From a bacterium (lineage in GTDB: Bacteria; CLD3; SB21): DNA of 64,000 nt. Shown one piece after another: positions 28,637 through 38,203 of the stretch. Both the position numbers and the translations under genes were made by a program. Below the pieces are notes generated by a model, which was given only the letters and a program-made list of their open reading frames with translations, ran no database searches and was not told where the DNA came from. Location of the stretch: NCBI GenBank assembly GCA_013360215.1, contig JABWCP010000004.1, forward strand, positions 1 to 64,000, in the 5' to 3' direction. Position 1 is the stretch's first letter; the number at the start of each line of letters is the position of its first letter.

Positions 28637-29977
28637 ATGAAAAGAAGTTTGCTTTTGTTGCTACTCATCGGTTCGATCCAACTGATTTCATGCGGTGACG
28701 ATGACAAAAAGGATACACCGGCCGAAGTGCCCACGGCGTACGCCTCGCTGCCCGGTACATTGATCGCCGAAGATGAAACCTGGAGCGGTACAAAAACTCT
28801 GACAGGTGCCTATTATATATTGCCCGGTGTAACACTGACCGTCGAACCCGGCACAGTGATTCAGTTTACTTACCACAACAACAATCCGGACAGTGTCGGC
28901 GCTATTTTTGCACTCAAAGCCGATCCGACCAATTTTTCCAGCCCGCGTGCAAGCGCACGTCTTGAAGCCGTAGGAACGGCCGCCAATCCGATTGTTTTTA
29001 CTTCTGCCAGAACGACCAAAACGGCCGGCGACTGGGGCGGTATCGTGCTGATCGGTGAAGCGCCGAACAATATTCCTGGCGGTATCGGTGATGTCGAAGG
29101 TGTTTCGTCGGAAATCCAATACGGCGGAACCAATGCGACCGATAACAGCGGCACGCTCAAGTATGTACGTATCGAATACTGTGGATTCGGATTGATCACG
29201 GATTCCGAGCTCAACGGATTGAGCTTATATTCGTGCGGTAGCGGTACGACGTTGGAACACGTACAAGTCTATAAATGTACAGACGATGGTTTTGAATTCT
29301 TTGGCGGCAGTGTCAATGCGAAATATTTAATTTCTGCTTACAATGATGACGACAGCTTTGATCACGATCAGGGTTGGAACGGTAAAGGCCAATTTTGGCT
29401 TGGCGTACAAACGACCGGTGCGGACAATGGCTTTGAATCCGACGGTCGCCATACTCTTGGTTCCGGAAACCCGACCAAACCGACGATCTACAACGTAACG
29501 CTCTACGGACTTGGAACCGGCAAAGATGCGTCGGATGCAAATCGCGGAATGCGTTTACGTGAAGACTTTGAAGGTACGCTCAAAAATTTCTTAGTAACCA
29601 ATTTCGCCGGTGTCGCATGGCGCCTTGATAACTCAAGCAGCGACTCGACCTCGCGTAACTATGACAAAGGCCTTCTCACGATCACCAATGCCGTCGTATA
29701 TAATAACGACCGCGACGTGACGGTTGCCGGAAACTACGGCGGATTCAACAGCCTCAACGATTCGACCCGCTTTTTCGCCGCAGCCAATGTTACCGAAGCT
29801 AATCCGAACTTCACCAATGTCGGCTCCAAAGATTTCTCCGTGCTAGCCGGTTCACCGTGCCTCAGCAATGCGGCCACGCCACCGAGTGATGGATTCTTTG
29901 ATGTGAGCGCGACCTACCGCGGTGCGATGGGTTCCACCAATTGGGCCACAGGTAGCTGGGTGCGCTGGTCGGACTAA
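28637..29977 (+). CDS. Lipoprotein with right-handed beta-helix (TonB-receptor partner family)
   Basis: Lipobox LISC; GDWGGIVLIG, DNSGTLKYVRIEY, DDGFEFFGG, DDSFDHDQGW. Confidence 0.8.
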   Translation: MKRSLLLLLLIGSIQLISCGDDDKKDTPAEVPTAYASLPGTLIAEDETWSGTKTLTGAYYILPGVTLTVEPGTVIQFTYHNNNPDSVGAIFALKADPTNFSSPRASARLEAVGTAANPIVFTSARTTKTAGDWGGIVLIGEAPNNIPGGIGDVEGVSSEIQYGGTNATDNSGTLKYVRIEYCGFGLITDSELNGLSLYSCGSGTTLEHVQVYKCTDDGFEFFGGSVNAKYLISAYNDDDSFDHDQGWNGKGQFWLGVQTTGADNGFESDGRHTLGSGNPTKPTIYNVTLYGLGTGKDASDANRGMRLREDFEGTLKNFLVTNFAGVAWRLDNSSSDSTSRNYDKGLLTITNAVVYNNDRDVTVAGNYGGFNSLNDSTRFFAAANVTEANPNFTNVGSKDFSVLAGSPCLSNAATPPSDGFFDVSATYRGAMGSTNWATGSWVRWSD

Positions 29978-30028
29978 AAACGATGATTTGAAAATCCTTC
30001 TCCATGGTTAGGTTGGAGATACATGCAG

Positions 30029-30064
30029 TCCCGCGTTTGTTCTTACAGGCGCGGGATTTTTATT
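30029..30064 (+). terminator. Rho-independent terminator
   Basis: tcccgcg...cgcggga stem followed by a T-run. Confidence 0.75.
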
Positions 30065-30073
30065 GTGAATAAA

Positions 30074-30160
30074 TATCACCTTTTTTATGATGACATTCTC
30101 AAGGCGGGTATTTATCTTTTCAAACCCAAGTCATAGCATCAGGAGACACGGTTATGAATT
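30074..30160 (+). repeat. 87-bp direct repeat, left copy (duplicated dinB upstream region, RBS and first codons)
   Basis: Matches 33802-33888 with 3 mismatches. Confidence 0.92.
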
Positions 30161-30181
30161 GATCAAACTAAAAGTCATTGA

Positions 30182-30766
30182 TTATAAGGATTTTAACCTT
30201 TGAATTTCCTTGGCCAACTCAGATTTTTCCCAGTCTGAGTTTACTGAAACTACAGGAAAAGCAGCATTAACAATCTTTACTTCATTCAAACTTTGTTGGA
30301 ACAATCCTAATAGAAAAAAATTCTCTGCCTTTAAAATATGCAAATCAACATGCGTTAGAGAAAGAGTATTTGATTTGGTAAACACCCAAAATGTATCTAT
30401 CGCAAGCGCATCAGAGGCCTTAATACTAGAGTACGCATAATCTTTTTTTGCATTAAGGGCATAAGCCCATCCTGCAAACAAATCTGCATTGACGAGTGAT
30501 TTAGTTGAAGCAATTTGAAAGTATTGAATTGAAAGATTGAGGCAATCGGTTTTCATATATGACCAACATACGCCTATATACGCATCTATTCTTTCCGGCG
30601 ATTTCTCAATTGCATCATTAAACTCCTTAATCGCACGAGAATATTTATTTTTAGAAAAATAAACCCATCCTTGATTCGTTAAATCATCATAACTGTTTTC
30701 AGAATTGCGTGTATTGCAAGCAAGAAATGAAACTACTAATATAAGAAAAAACAAAAAACACTTCAA
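30182..30766 (-). CDS. TPR lipoprotein
   Basis: Lipobox FLAC; TPR-like QGWVYF...AIKEF..AI...PERIDAYIG; TTG start. Confidence 0.75.
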   Translation of the reverse strand: MKCFLFFLILVVSFLACNTRNSENSYDDLTNQGWVYFSKNKYSRAIKEFNDAIEKSPERIDAYIGVCWSYMKTDCLNLSIQYFQIASTKSLVNADLFAGWAYALNAKKDYAYSSIKASDALAIDTFWVFTKSNTLSLTHVDLHILKAENFFLLGLFQQSLNEVKIVNAAFPVVSVNSDWEKSELAKEIQRLKSL

Positions 30767-30786
30767 TTGTTCTCACCCTCCTATTT

Positions 30787-33678
30787 TTATTTAATATACA
30801 TCATTTTTTTCGCTTGAATGAAACCTTCAGATTCAAGTTTATATATATATATTCCAGATGCCATGAATTTTCCTAACGCGTTCTGACCATTCCATGAAAC
30901 AGTATATTTACCAGGCTCATGTATCTTCGACACAAGCGTGGTTATTTCTTGACCTAAAATATTATATATCTTTATTGATATGAAACTTTTGCTTGGTACA
31001 TCATAAGCGATAAATGTCGAAGGATTAAAGGGGTTGGGGTAATTTTGTCTCAAAAAAAAAGTCGATGGTACTTCTGAACCAAGATTTTCTTTATACCCCA
31101 CCTTAAACTTACCTAGTTTTGAAATATTTGCTATCAAAGCATCGTTTGACTTGCTTAATTGACTGGGAATCTGTACCCAACCACCAGGGGTTTCTTGAAA
31201 AATAGCCAATTTTGTTTTTTCTGATAGTTGTTCGGGTTCTAGTAAAATTTCTATTTCTGATGGCTTTTGAAACTTGAATTCTGTGGGCCCATACTCATAT
31301 ACTACTTCTTCTCCATTTTTCTGATAGTTCTGCGACAAAAAGTAATTGTCATCGAAAAACGGCGTTTTGATTATAAGATTTGATTTACTGTTCAATGATT
31401 TAATAGTTTTAAATTCTCCTTTCTTAACTAAGGTGACCCCATAAGTTACAACCTGAGCTGTATCACCTCCTGACGGAGTAAGGGTTTTCACAAAAAAATT
31501 CACCTGCCCAGGCTCACTAAATTTTCCAGAACCTCTAAATATATTTTGTGAGTTATTTACTGGAGTAGAAACAATGGATGATGTATCATTTTGACCCGTC
31601 AACCACATCCGAACGATAGGATTTATCGCCAATTTTGATTCTGCTATAACTGCAATATCAAAGTGTTTTGTTAATACAGGATTCTGATATACAACAATCG
31701 TTGCTTTTGCTGCGATCGCATAAAACGCAGCTGTTGCTTCATTTGAAAAAGCACTTTGATTTCCGAATGTATCTACTGCACTCACATTAAACGTGTATTG
31801 AGTTCCCTTTGATAATTTAGTGTAGTTTCTGACAGTATCCGTACTTGATATTGACGAATCAATTTGACCAAATAGATTTTCTAAAGTTGAACTATATATC
31901 CGATACTTTTTAAAATCTCCTTCTCTACTTACATTCCATTTCAGCAAAATAAAACCATCTCCAGAAGTTGCCTTTAAGTCACTAGGAGGAAGCGGTGGAG
32001 TGCTATCAAACGGGAGGGACTCGACGCTAGTAGAAAAATAGCTAGCATTGTTTGCAGAATCCACAGAAGTAACATAAAATCGATAATTTCTGCCCGGCAC
32101 TAAATTATAAATTGTTTTGGTAATAGTATAAAAAGAGCTTTGCTGAACGCTGTCAATTTGAACAGGCGATGTAAATCCGTTGCCTGTATAGATTCGATAC
32201 TTTAGCACATCGTTTTCTAAGTTCGTTTTCCATGAAAGCAGCACCTTTGAATCTCCAGCACTAGCCGTCAGTTCAACAGGAGCAGACGGAGGCGTAATAT
32301 CGAAATTCACTATCGCGAATTCTCCAAAATTTTTAAGTCCACTAACCATAATATAAGGAGTCCACAAATATGTTATTAACACTCCATCATTCGATAAAAC
32401 ATCTTTCCAAGGACTTTGTGAGTTTTCACGCATAATTACACGCAACCCATTAAAGCTTTCTATACCCGGTAAACCGCTTAAGTCGAAAAGCATGTTATAT
32501 TGACCATTAAAGTCCGAATTGATAACACTCCAGTATTTTGAACTTATCAAATTAATTGTTCCGGGAGGAAGTGAACCAACTATATTTGGAAACGAATCTA
32601 CTTTAAACGTAAAAGCTGATTTTGTACTTTTGTTTTCCGTAACAACGATAGAGACACCGATTGAATCTAGAACTATTGCACCAGTTTTGTATGAAGGTAA
32701 TTCGTTATTCGAAAAATCGGTTACTTTGATTGCTACTTGCGTTCCATCACCAATAGAAAAAGCCGCATTCAGGTTAGCTGTTATTATTAATGGCAACGGG
32801 TTTCCATAGCATCTAGCTTCAATTACAGCAGGATTGTTTGATAAGTCTAATAAGCCTATTTGGTTACGATTTATATTTATTGTTTCTAGATTAGGGCATT
32901 GCGATAAATCCAAATCTGAAAGTTGATTGTCATCGCATTCAATGTATCGAAGATTTAATGCAGAGTCTAAAGTCAACGACTTCAATTGACCTTGTGAACA
33001 AAACAAAAACTCTAATAATGGATTTGAATTAATTACAAGTGTATCAATTCGAGTCCTATAACATTTTACAGTGTTTAAACTTCTGTTGTTTGATATTGAA
33101 AGTCTCGAAATAGGAGTATCAGCACAATTCAAGTGAGTCAACATCAAATTTGAAGATATGTCAATTTCAGAAATAGGGGTTTCAGAAATATAAAGATACC
33201 GTAAAGCGCTATTTTGTTTTACATACAAATTTTGTAGCCCATTACTAAAACAAAAAAGCTCTTCCAAAAGGGGTTTATCCGAAAGATCAAGACTTGATAT
33301 TTGGTTGCTGTTACACCACAAATATTTTAGTTTTGTTAAACCCGTTAAATTAATTGAAGTGATTCCATTGTAACCACAATGCACATATTCTAAAGAAGTG
33401 TTTGAAGATAAATCTAAGTTTGTGAGATAATTCGAACTACAATTAATACTATCTAACGACGTAAAAGCCTCAATTCCGCTTAGATCAAAAATACCTTGTC
33501 CCGATACATCTAAATGTTTAATCAATAAGACTGCTTCAGGGTTTATAATCAAATTATTAACATCAAAGTTAACTTCGTATTTGTTTTGAAGAACAGACCT
33601 AAATTGAGGATCATTAACAGTTATCTGAGCGATAGAAAGTTTGCAGAAAAGACAAAACAACAAACATAAACATTTCAT
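30787..33678 (-). CDS. Secreted leucine-rich-repeat + fibronectin III protein with C-terminal T9SS/FlgD-Ig-like sorting domain
   Basis: LxxLxCxxNxLxxLDL repeats; two DxTPPxxP FN3 domains; C-terminal QNYPNPFNPST...MASGIYIYKL. Confidence 0.88.
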   Translation of the reverse strand: MKCLCLLFCLFCKLSIAQITVNDPQFRSVLQNKYEVNFDVNNLIINPEAVLLIKHLDVSGQGIFDLSGIEAFTSLDSINCSSNYLTNLDLSSNTSLEYVHCGYNGITSINLTGLTKLKYLWCNSNQISSLDLSDKPLLEELFCFSNGLQNLYVKQNSALRYLYISETPISEIDISSNLMLTHLNCADTPISRLSISNNRSLNTVKCYRTRIDTLVINSNPLLEFLFCSQGQLKSLTLDSALNLRYIECDDNQLSDLDLSQCPNLETININRNQIGLLDLSNNPAVIEARCYGNPLPLIITANLNAAFSIGDGTQVAIKVTDFSNNELPSYKTGAIVLDSIGVSIVVTENKSTKSAFTFKVDSFPNIVGSLPPGTINLISSKYWSVINSDFNGQYNMLFDLSGLPGIESFNGLRVIMRENSQSPWKDVLSNDGVLITYLWTPYIMVSGLKNFGEFAIVNFDITPPSAPVELTASAGDSKVLLSWKTNLENDVLKYRIYTGNGFTSPVQIDSVQQSSFYTITKTIYNLVPGRNYRFYVTSVDSANNASYFSTSVESLPFDSTPPLPPSDLKATSGDGFILLKWNVSREGDFKKYRIYSSTLENLFGQIDSSISSTDTVRNYTKLSKGTQYTFNVSAVDTFGNQSAFSNEATAAFYAIAAKATIVVYQNPVLTKHFDIAVIAESKLAINPIVRMWLTGQNDTSSIVSTPVNNSQNIFRGSGKFSEPGQVNFFVKTLTPSGGDTAQVVTYGVTLVKKGEFKTIKSLNSKSNLIIKTPFFDDNYFLSQNYQKNGEEVVYEYGPTEFKFQKPSEIEILLEPEQLSEKTKLAIFQETPGGWVQIPSQLSKSNDALIANISKLGKFKVGYKENLGSEVPSTFFLRQNYPNPFNPSTFIAYDVPSKSFISIKIYNILGQEITTLVSKIHEPGKYTVSWNGQNALGKFMASGIYIYKLESEGFIQAKKMMYIK

Positions 33679-33801
33679 CTCAATTTCCCTTTTGATATAA
33701 AAAACACCAACGATGTTTTAAATATATATTCTCAATAATTTTTAATCAACATATTTGAATTGCAACTTCATTATTAACTATTCAAAATAGTATGATGAGT
33801 T

Positions 33802-33888
33802 TATCACCTTTTTTATGATGACATTCTCAAGACGGGTATTTATCTTTTCAAACCCAAGTCACAGCATCAGGAGACACGGTAATGAATT
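33802..33888 (+). repeat. 87-bp direct repeat, right copy
   Basis: Matches 30074-30160; includes the AGGAG RBS and ATG of the DinB-family gene. Confidence 0.92.
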
Positions 33889-34406
33889 TTTCTCTGACTC
33901 AATCCATCGAAATCCTCGAACGTACCCCGATGATTCTGACAGCGTGGCTTGACGGATTATCACCGGAATGGACTTCGTCCAATGAGGGCCCCGATACATG
34001 GTCAGCTTACGACATCGTCGGGCACCTGATTCACGGAGAAAAAACCGACTGGATCACACGTGCAGAAATCATTTTATCCGATTTACCTGATAAAACATTC
34101 AAACCATTTGACCGTTTTGCACAATTTGAAGACAGCAAAGATAAAACCCTTCGGCAACTGTTAACCGCATTCACCGAGCTGCGCGCGAAAAATATTAAAA
34201 AACTCCAATCGCTGAATATTTCAGAACAAGATATGAACCGCACCGGTCTTCATCCCGCGTTTGGCACGGTCACCTTGGTGCAGCTCCTTTCGACGTGGGC
34301 GGTGCACGATCTCGATCACATCAGTCAGATCGCGCGCGTTTTGGCCAAGCGCTACAAAGACGATACCGGGCCGTGGGTTGCCTATCTCAAAATCTTGCGG
34401 CAATAA
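33882..34406 (+). CDS. DinB/YfiT-like metal-dependent protein
   Basis: WSAYDIVGHLIHGE, GLHPAFG, WAVHDLDHISQI. Confidence 0.9.
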   Translation: MNFSLTQSIEILERTPMILTAWLDGLSPEWTSSNEGPDTWSAYDIVGHLIHGEKTDWITRAEIILSDLPDKTFKPFDRFAQFEDSKDKTLRQLLTAFTELRAKNIKKLQSLNISEQDMNRTGLHPAFGTVTLVQLLSTWAVHDLDHISQIARVLAKRYKDDTGPWVAYLKILRQ

Positions 34407-34474
34407 TCACCCGATAATGAACAGCATATTTAATGTACGTTTTTAAATAATCGTTTTATTCGGAGGAAAAACCC

Positions 34475-34894
34475 ATGAACGTCATCATTCGAAATGTTTT
34501 TGCTGTGATTGTCGGAGCGATCGTCGGCAGTATTGTCAATATGAGTATCATTATGATTGGCGGCCAATTGATTCCTCCGCCTGCGGGTGCCGATGCGACG
34601 ACGATGGAAGGACTCAAAGCATCTATGCATTTGTTTGAACCGCGGCACTTTCTTATGCCGTTTTTAGCGCATGCACTGGGAACGCTGGCCGGTGCCGCCG
34701 TAGCCGCTTTGATAGCGGCCAATCATAAGATGAAGTTTGCCTTGAGTATCGGATTTGTTTTTTTACTGGGCGGCCTGATCAGCGTATTTAGTCTCCCTTC
34801 TCCGGTATGGTTTACCATCTTGGATTTGGCTGGCGCCTATTTACCGATGGCTTATCTCGGCGGCCGATGGATGTCAAAAAATCAAAATATTTGA
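34475..34894 (+). CDS. Conserved hypothetical 4-TM membrane protein
   Basis: Four hydrophobic helices; GGAGG RBS. Confidence 0.75.
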   Translation: MNVIIRNVFAVIVGAIVGSIVNMSIIMIGGQLIPPPAGADATTMEGLKASMHLFEPRHFLMPFLAHALGTLAGAAVAALIAANHKMKFALSIGFVFLLGGLISVFSLPSPVWFTILDLAGAYLPMAYLGGRWMSKNQNI

Positions 34895-35158
34895 TCTTCG
34901 CAGGATCCGTTGAAATATTTCTTCTCAGACAAGATCAAATCGTTTAATAGGATACGATAACCTTTCAAAGTAACCGGGGTGTGAAGCAACACATTCCTAG
35001 CGGTTATGCTTTCTCTTTTTTCTACGGATTTATGTCCTTTCAAAACGAAATAAAACCTTAACCGGATGAGAATCCTCCTTATTTGATTTTTTCCCTTCCA
35101 TTTTCTATTTTCCCCCGCTAAAAATTATTTTTTCAAACATTTTATGAGGTGAATTTTT

Positions 35159-37021
35159 ATGTCTTCGCAGACACTCGAATTTAAAACGGAGGTTAAAGAA
35201 TTACTTCATTTGATGATTCACTCCTTGTACTCGCACAAGGAAATATTTCTCCGTGAACTTATTTCAAATGCTTCCGATGCGATTGATAAAGTGCGCTACC
35301 TTTCCCTCACCGACAGCCAAATATCAGGTGGTGATGCCGATTGGAAAATCAAACTCAAAATTGACAAAGAAGCCGGCACACTGACCATTTCCGATAACGG
35401 TATCGGTATGACCGAAGAAGAAATAATCCGGTCTCTCGGCACGATCGCACATTCCGGCACGCGCGACTTCATCCAACGCCTTACGGAAAAACAGGTCAAA
35501 GATAACCCTGAATTGATCGGCCAATTTGGTGTCGGTTTTTATTCTTCATTTATGGTCGCTGATCGTGTGGTCGTCATTTCACGCAAAGCCGGAGAACCGC
35601 AGGATAAAGCTATTCGATGGGAATCCAAAGCGGATGGTGTGTTTACGGTGGAATCGTTTGAAAAAGCAACCCGCGGCACGGACGTGATTCTTTTTATGAA
35701 CGAAGAGGGCAAAAAGTACCTGGAAGAGTGGGAAATACGCAGTGTCGTTCGTAAATATTCCGACTACATCGAACATCCGATTTGTATGGATGTCGAAAAA
35801 GATAAAAAAATTGAAGAAGAAACGCTCAATTCGCGTAAAGCCATTTGGCTCAAAGATAAAAGCGAAATCACCACGGAAGAATACAACGATTTTTACAAAC
35901 ACGTCTCGCATGATTTCGGTGAACCGCTGAAAACCATCCATTTTCGCGCCGAGGGTACATCGGAATTTTCAGCGCTGCTTTTTATTCCCAAAAAAGCGCC
36001 GTTTGATCTGTTTTATAAAGAATTCAAAATCGGTCCGATGCTGTATGTCAAACGCGTTCAGATCATGGATCATTGCGAACAGGCCATTCCTACGTATCTT
36101 CGTTTTGTCAAAGGCGTTGTCGAGTCATCGGATCTGCCGCTCAATGTCTCGCGTGAAATTCTGCAAGCCAACAAACAAATGGAAGTCATCAAGAAAAACA
36201 TTGCCAAAAAAATTCTCGATGCCCTTTCCGATATGAAAACGCACGAGTTTGAAAAGTATGTGGAGTTTTACAACGAATTTAATCGTGCTCTCAAAGAGGG
36301 ACTGTATTCCGATCATCAGCGCAAAGAATCCTTACGCGATCTCATGCTGTTCGAATCCACACGCACCGAAAAGGGTAAATATACCTCGCTCAAAACTTAC
36401 GTGGATGGAATGAAATCCGATCAGGAATTTATCTACTACATGACCGGCGCTTCGCGTGAAGAGCTCGAACGCTCACCGTATTTGGAAGCGGTCAAAGATA
36501 AGGATTACGAAGTGCTCTTTTTGACCGATGAGATTGACGAATTTATCGTATCCGAACTCGAATACGGCGGTAAAAAACTCAAATCTTTGACCAAAGGCGA
36601 CATCGAACTCGACAAGGATAAAAAAGAATCCAAAAAAGAAGCCGAAAAGAAATACGGTAAACTGATTGACCTGCTCAAAGATCAGTTGAAGGAAGAGATC
36701 AAAGATGTACGGGTTTCGGCACGACTCAAAGATTCAGCTTGCTGCCTTGTTGCCGACGAAGACGGCATGGACCAAAACATGGAACGAATCATGAAAGCCC
36801 TGGGTCAAAATGTTCCGTCCGGCAAACGTACGCTCGAAATCAATCCGGACCATCCTCTGATCGGGAAAATGCAGATGATGTTTGATACCGATAAAGATCA
36901 ACCGTTGCTCAAAGACTATACGGCGATGTTGTATGATCAGGCGCTCGTACTGGAAGGCAGTAAACCCAAAGATCCGGTGCTTTTTGCCAAGCGTATCGCT
37001 GAAATAATGGTAAAAGCATAA
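35159..37021 (+). CDS. htpG: Chaperone HtpG (Hsp90)
   Basis: SLYSHKEIFLRELISNASDA, IGQFGVGFYS, DLPLNVSREILQ. Confidence 0.98.
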   Translation: MSSQTLEFKTEVKELLHLMIHSLYSHKEIFLRELISNASDAIDKVRYLSLTDSQISGGDADWKIKLKIDKEAGTLTISDNGIGMTEEEIIRSLGTIAHSGTRDFIQRLTEKQVKDNPELIGQFGVGFYSSFMVADRVVVISRKAGEPQDKAIRWESKADGVFTVESFEKATRGTDVILFMNEEGKKYLEEWEIRSVVRKYSDYIEHPICMDVEKDKKIEEETLNSRKAIWLKDKSEITTEEYNDFYKHVSHDFGEPLKTIHFRAEGTSEFSALLFIPKKAPFDLFYKEFKIGPMLYVKRVQIMDHCEQAIPTYLRFVKGVVESSDLPLNVSREILQANKQMEVIKKNIAKKILDALSDMKTHEFEKYVEFYNEFNRALKEGLYSDHQRKESLRDLMLFESTRTEKGKYTSLKTYVDGMKSDQEFIYYMTGASREELERSPYLEAVKDKDYEVLFLTDEIDEFIVSELEYGGKKLKSLTKGDIELDKDKKESKKEAEKKYGKLIDLLKDQLKEEIKDVRVSARLKDSACCLVADEDGMDQNMERIMKALGQNVPSGKRTLEINPDHPLIGKMQMMFDTDKDQPLLKDYTAMLYDQALVLEGSKPKDPVLFAKRIAEIMVKA

Positions 37022-37028
37022 AAAAGAT

Positions 37029-37057
37029 TTGCAAAACAAAAATAGATCGGTTATAAT
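37029..37057 (+). promoter_or_regulatory. Sigma70-type promoter
   Basis: TTGCAA-17 nt-TATAAT. Confidence 0.65.
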
Positions 37058-37065
37058 TCTGCGCT

Positions 37066-37167
37066 ATGAAAAAGAACAACAACATATGTTATTACCGTTT
37101 AAATGGGCTTACCCTTCGTCGTCATACACGTATGGATCAAGCCAATCTGATATATTGGAGCGCATGA
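37066..37167 (+). CDS. 33-aa small ORF (leader peptide or small protein candidate)
   Basis: MKKNNNICYYRLNGLTLRRHTRMDQANLIYWSA; starts 8 nt after the -10 box and is followed by a terminator. Confidence 0.35.
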   Translation: MKKNNNICYYRLNGLTLRRHTRMDQANLIYWSA

Positions 37168-37197
37168 GCCGATTTTAATTTTTTGAATATTTTTTCT

Positions 37198-37229
37198 AAC
37201 CCCGGCTCCGTGAACAGCCGGGGTTTTTT
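37198..37229 (+). terminator. Rho-independent terminator/attenuator
   Basis: aaccccggct/agccggggtt stem followed by a T-run. Confidence 0.8.
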
Positions 37230-37242
37230 ATTATTAATGAGT

Positions 37243-37377
37243 AGGTTCTTGTTTCCCTTCGACTGGCGTTCGATCAAGCTTATGGCGTGACTCACACTGA
37301 GTTCTCAAGGCATGCGCGGGAACGACAATTCAGAATTTTGTGTTGTGTAGTGTCTCACCCGCGAACGCGGGTGTCCA
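37243..37377. repeat. REP-like doublet with nested palindromes upstream of GIY-YIG copy 2
   Basis: Reverse-complement homologue of 8965-9085 and 6399-6490; tgtctcacccgcgaacgcgggtgtcca at 37351-37377. Confidence 0.88.
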
Positions 37378-37407
37378 CAAGATAAGAATTGAACGAATTT
37401 TTTAAAA

Positions 37408-37695
37408 ATGAAAATTTTCTACGTTTATATTCTCGCCAGCAAACGTAACGGCACGCTCTATACAGGGGTGACGAATAACCTAATACGACGCATTTATGAA
37501 CATAAAAACGAAATTGTTCCCGGATTTACTTCACGGTATAAGGTTCATACGCTTGTGTATTTCGAACAATTTAATGACATACGCGAAGCCATTATCCGTG
37601 AAAAACGAATCAAAAAATGGCGAAGAGCATGGAAGATCGAATTAATTGAAAAAATGAACCCGACGTGGGAGGACTTATATCATGACGTTATATGA
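37408..37695 (+). CDS. Stand-alone GIY-YIG nuclease family protein (copy 2)
   Basis: 91/95 aa identical to 6082-6369. Confidence 0.92.
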   Translation: MKIFYVYILASKRNGTLYTGVTNNLIRRIYEHKNEIVPGFTSRYKVHTLVYFEQFNDIREAIIREKRIKKWRRAWKIELIEKMNPTWEDLYHDVI

Positions 37696-37786
37696 TGGGT
37701 TCCCACTTTCGTGGGAACGACTGATTAGTGACCTGCGTATTGTCGTCCCACCCGAGCCCTTCCCGCGAAAGCGGGAAGGGTGTACA
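37696..37786. repeat. REP-like doublet downstream of GIY-YIG copy 2
   Basis: tgggttcccactttcgtgggaacgac abuts the stop codon; the second unit carries a nested cccttcccgcgaaagcgggaaggg hairpin. Confidence 0.85.
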
Positions 37787-38203
37787 CAAAAAGGAACAAG
37801 GGAATTCTCATCAATGCATCGCCCTCAACATCGGCTTCCCGCTGCCTAACCCCAACAATTTTTAATTTTTATAAAACGCTTGATTTTTCTCTCATTATTG
37901 AAACAATTAAGTAGCAACTTACGTAAAGGTCTTTTACTTTTCCATTATGGCCCCTTTTTTTGGTTCTTTTCTTATCTATTTAGATATATAACCTTATGGC
38001 CGGTGTTATTTGATGGCTGTTATTTTTGATTACTTAGTTTCACTCATCTGATTTTATTGAATTTATACAAAAATATTTCTTTAAAACACTCGGCCGTATA
38101 TGTCTGAAATATGGCGACCGTGTAATTATGTTTTGTATCACCTTAAAAATTCTATAGAAATGTCATCACATCACATACGCTATTTTTAATGGAGTTTTCT
38201 GTT

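Larger units (their letters stand above)
30161..33801. mobile_element. AT-rich two-gene island between direct repeats; no integrase
   Basis: Visibly AT-richer composition, genes on the opposite strand to the neighbours, bounded by 87-bp direct repeats. Confidence 0.7.

Noticed and set aside
34900-35158. CIRCE heat-shock operator before htpG
   Set aside because: No TTAGCACTC-N9-GAGTGCTAA match.
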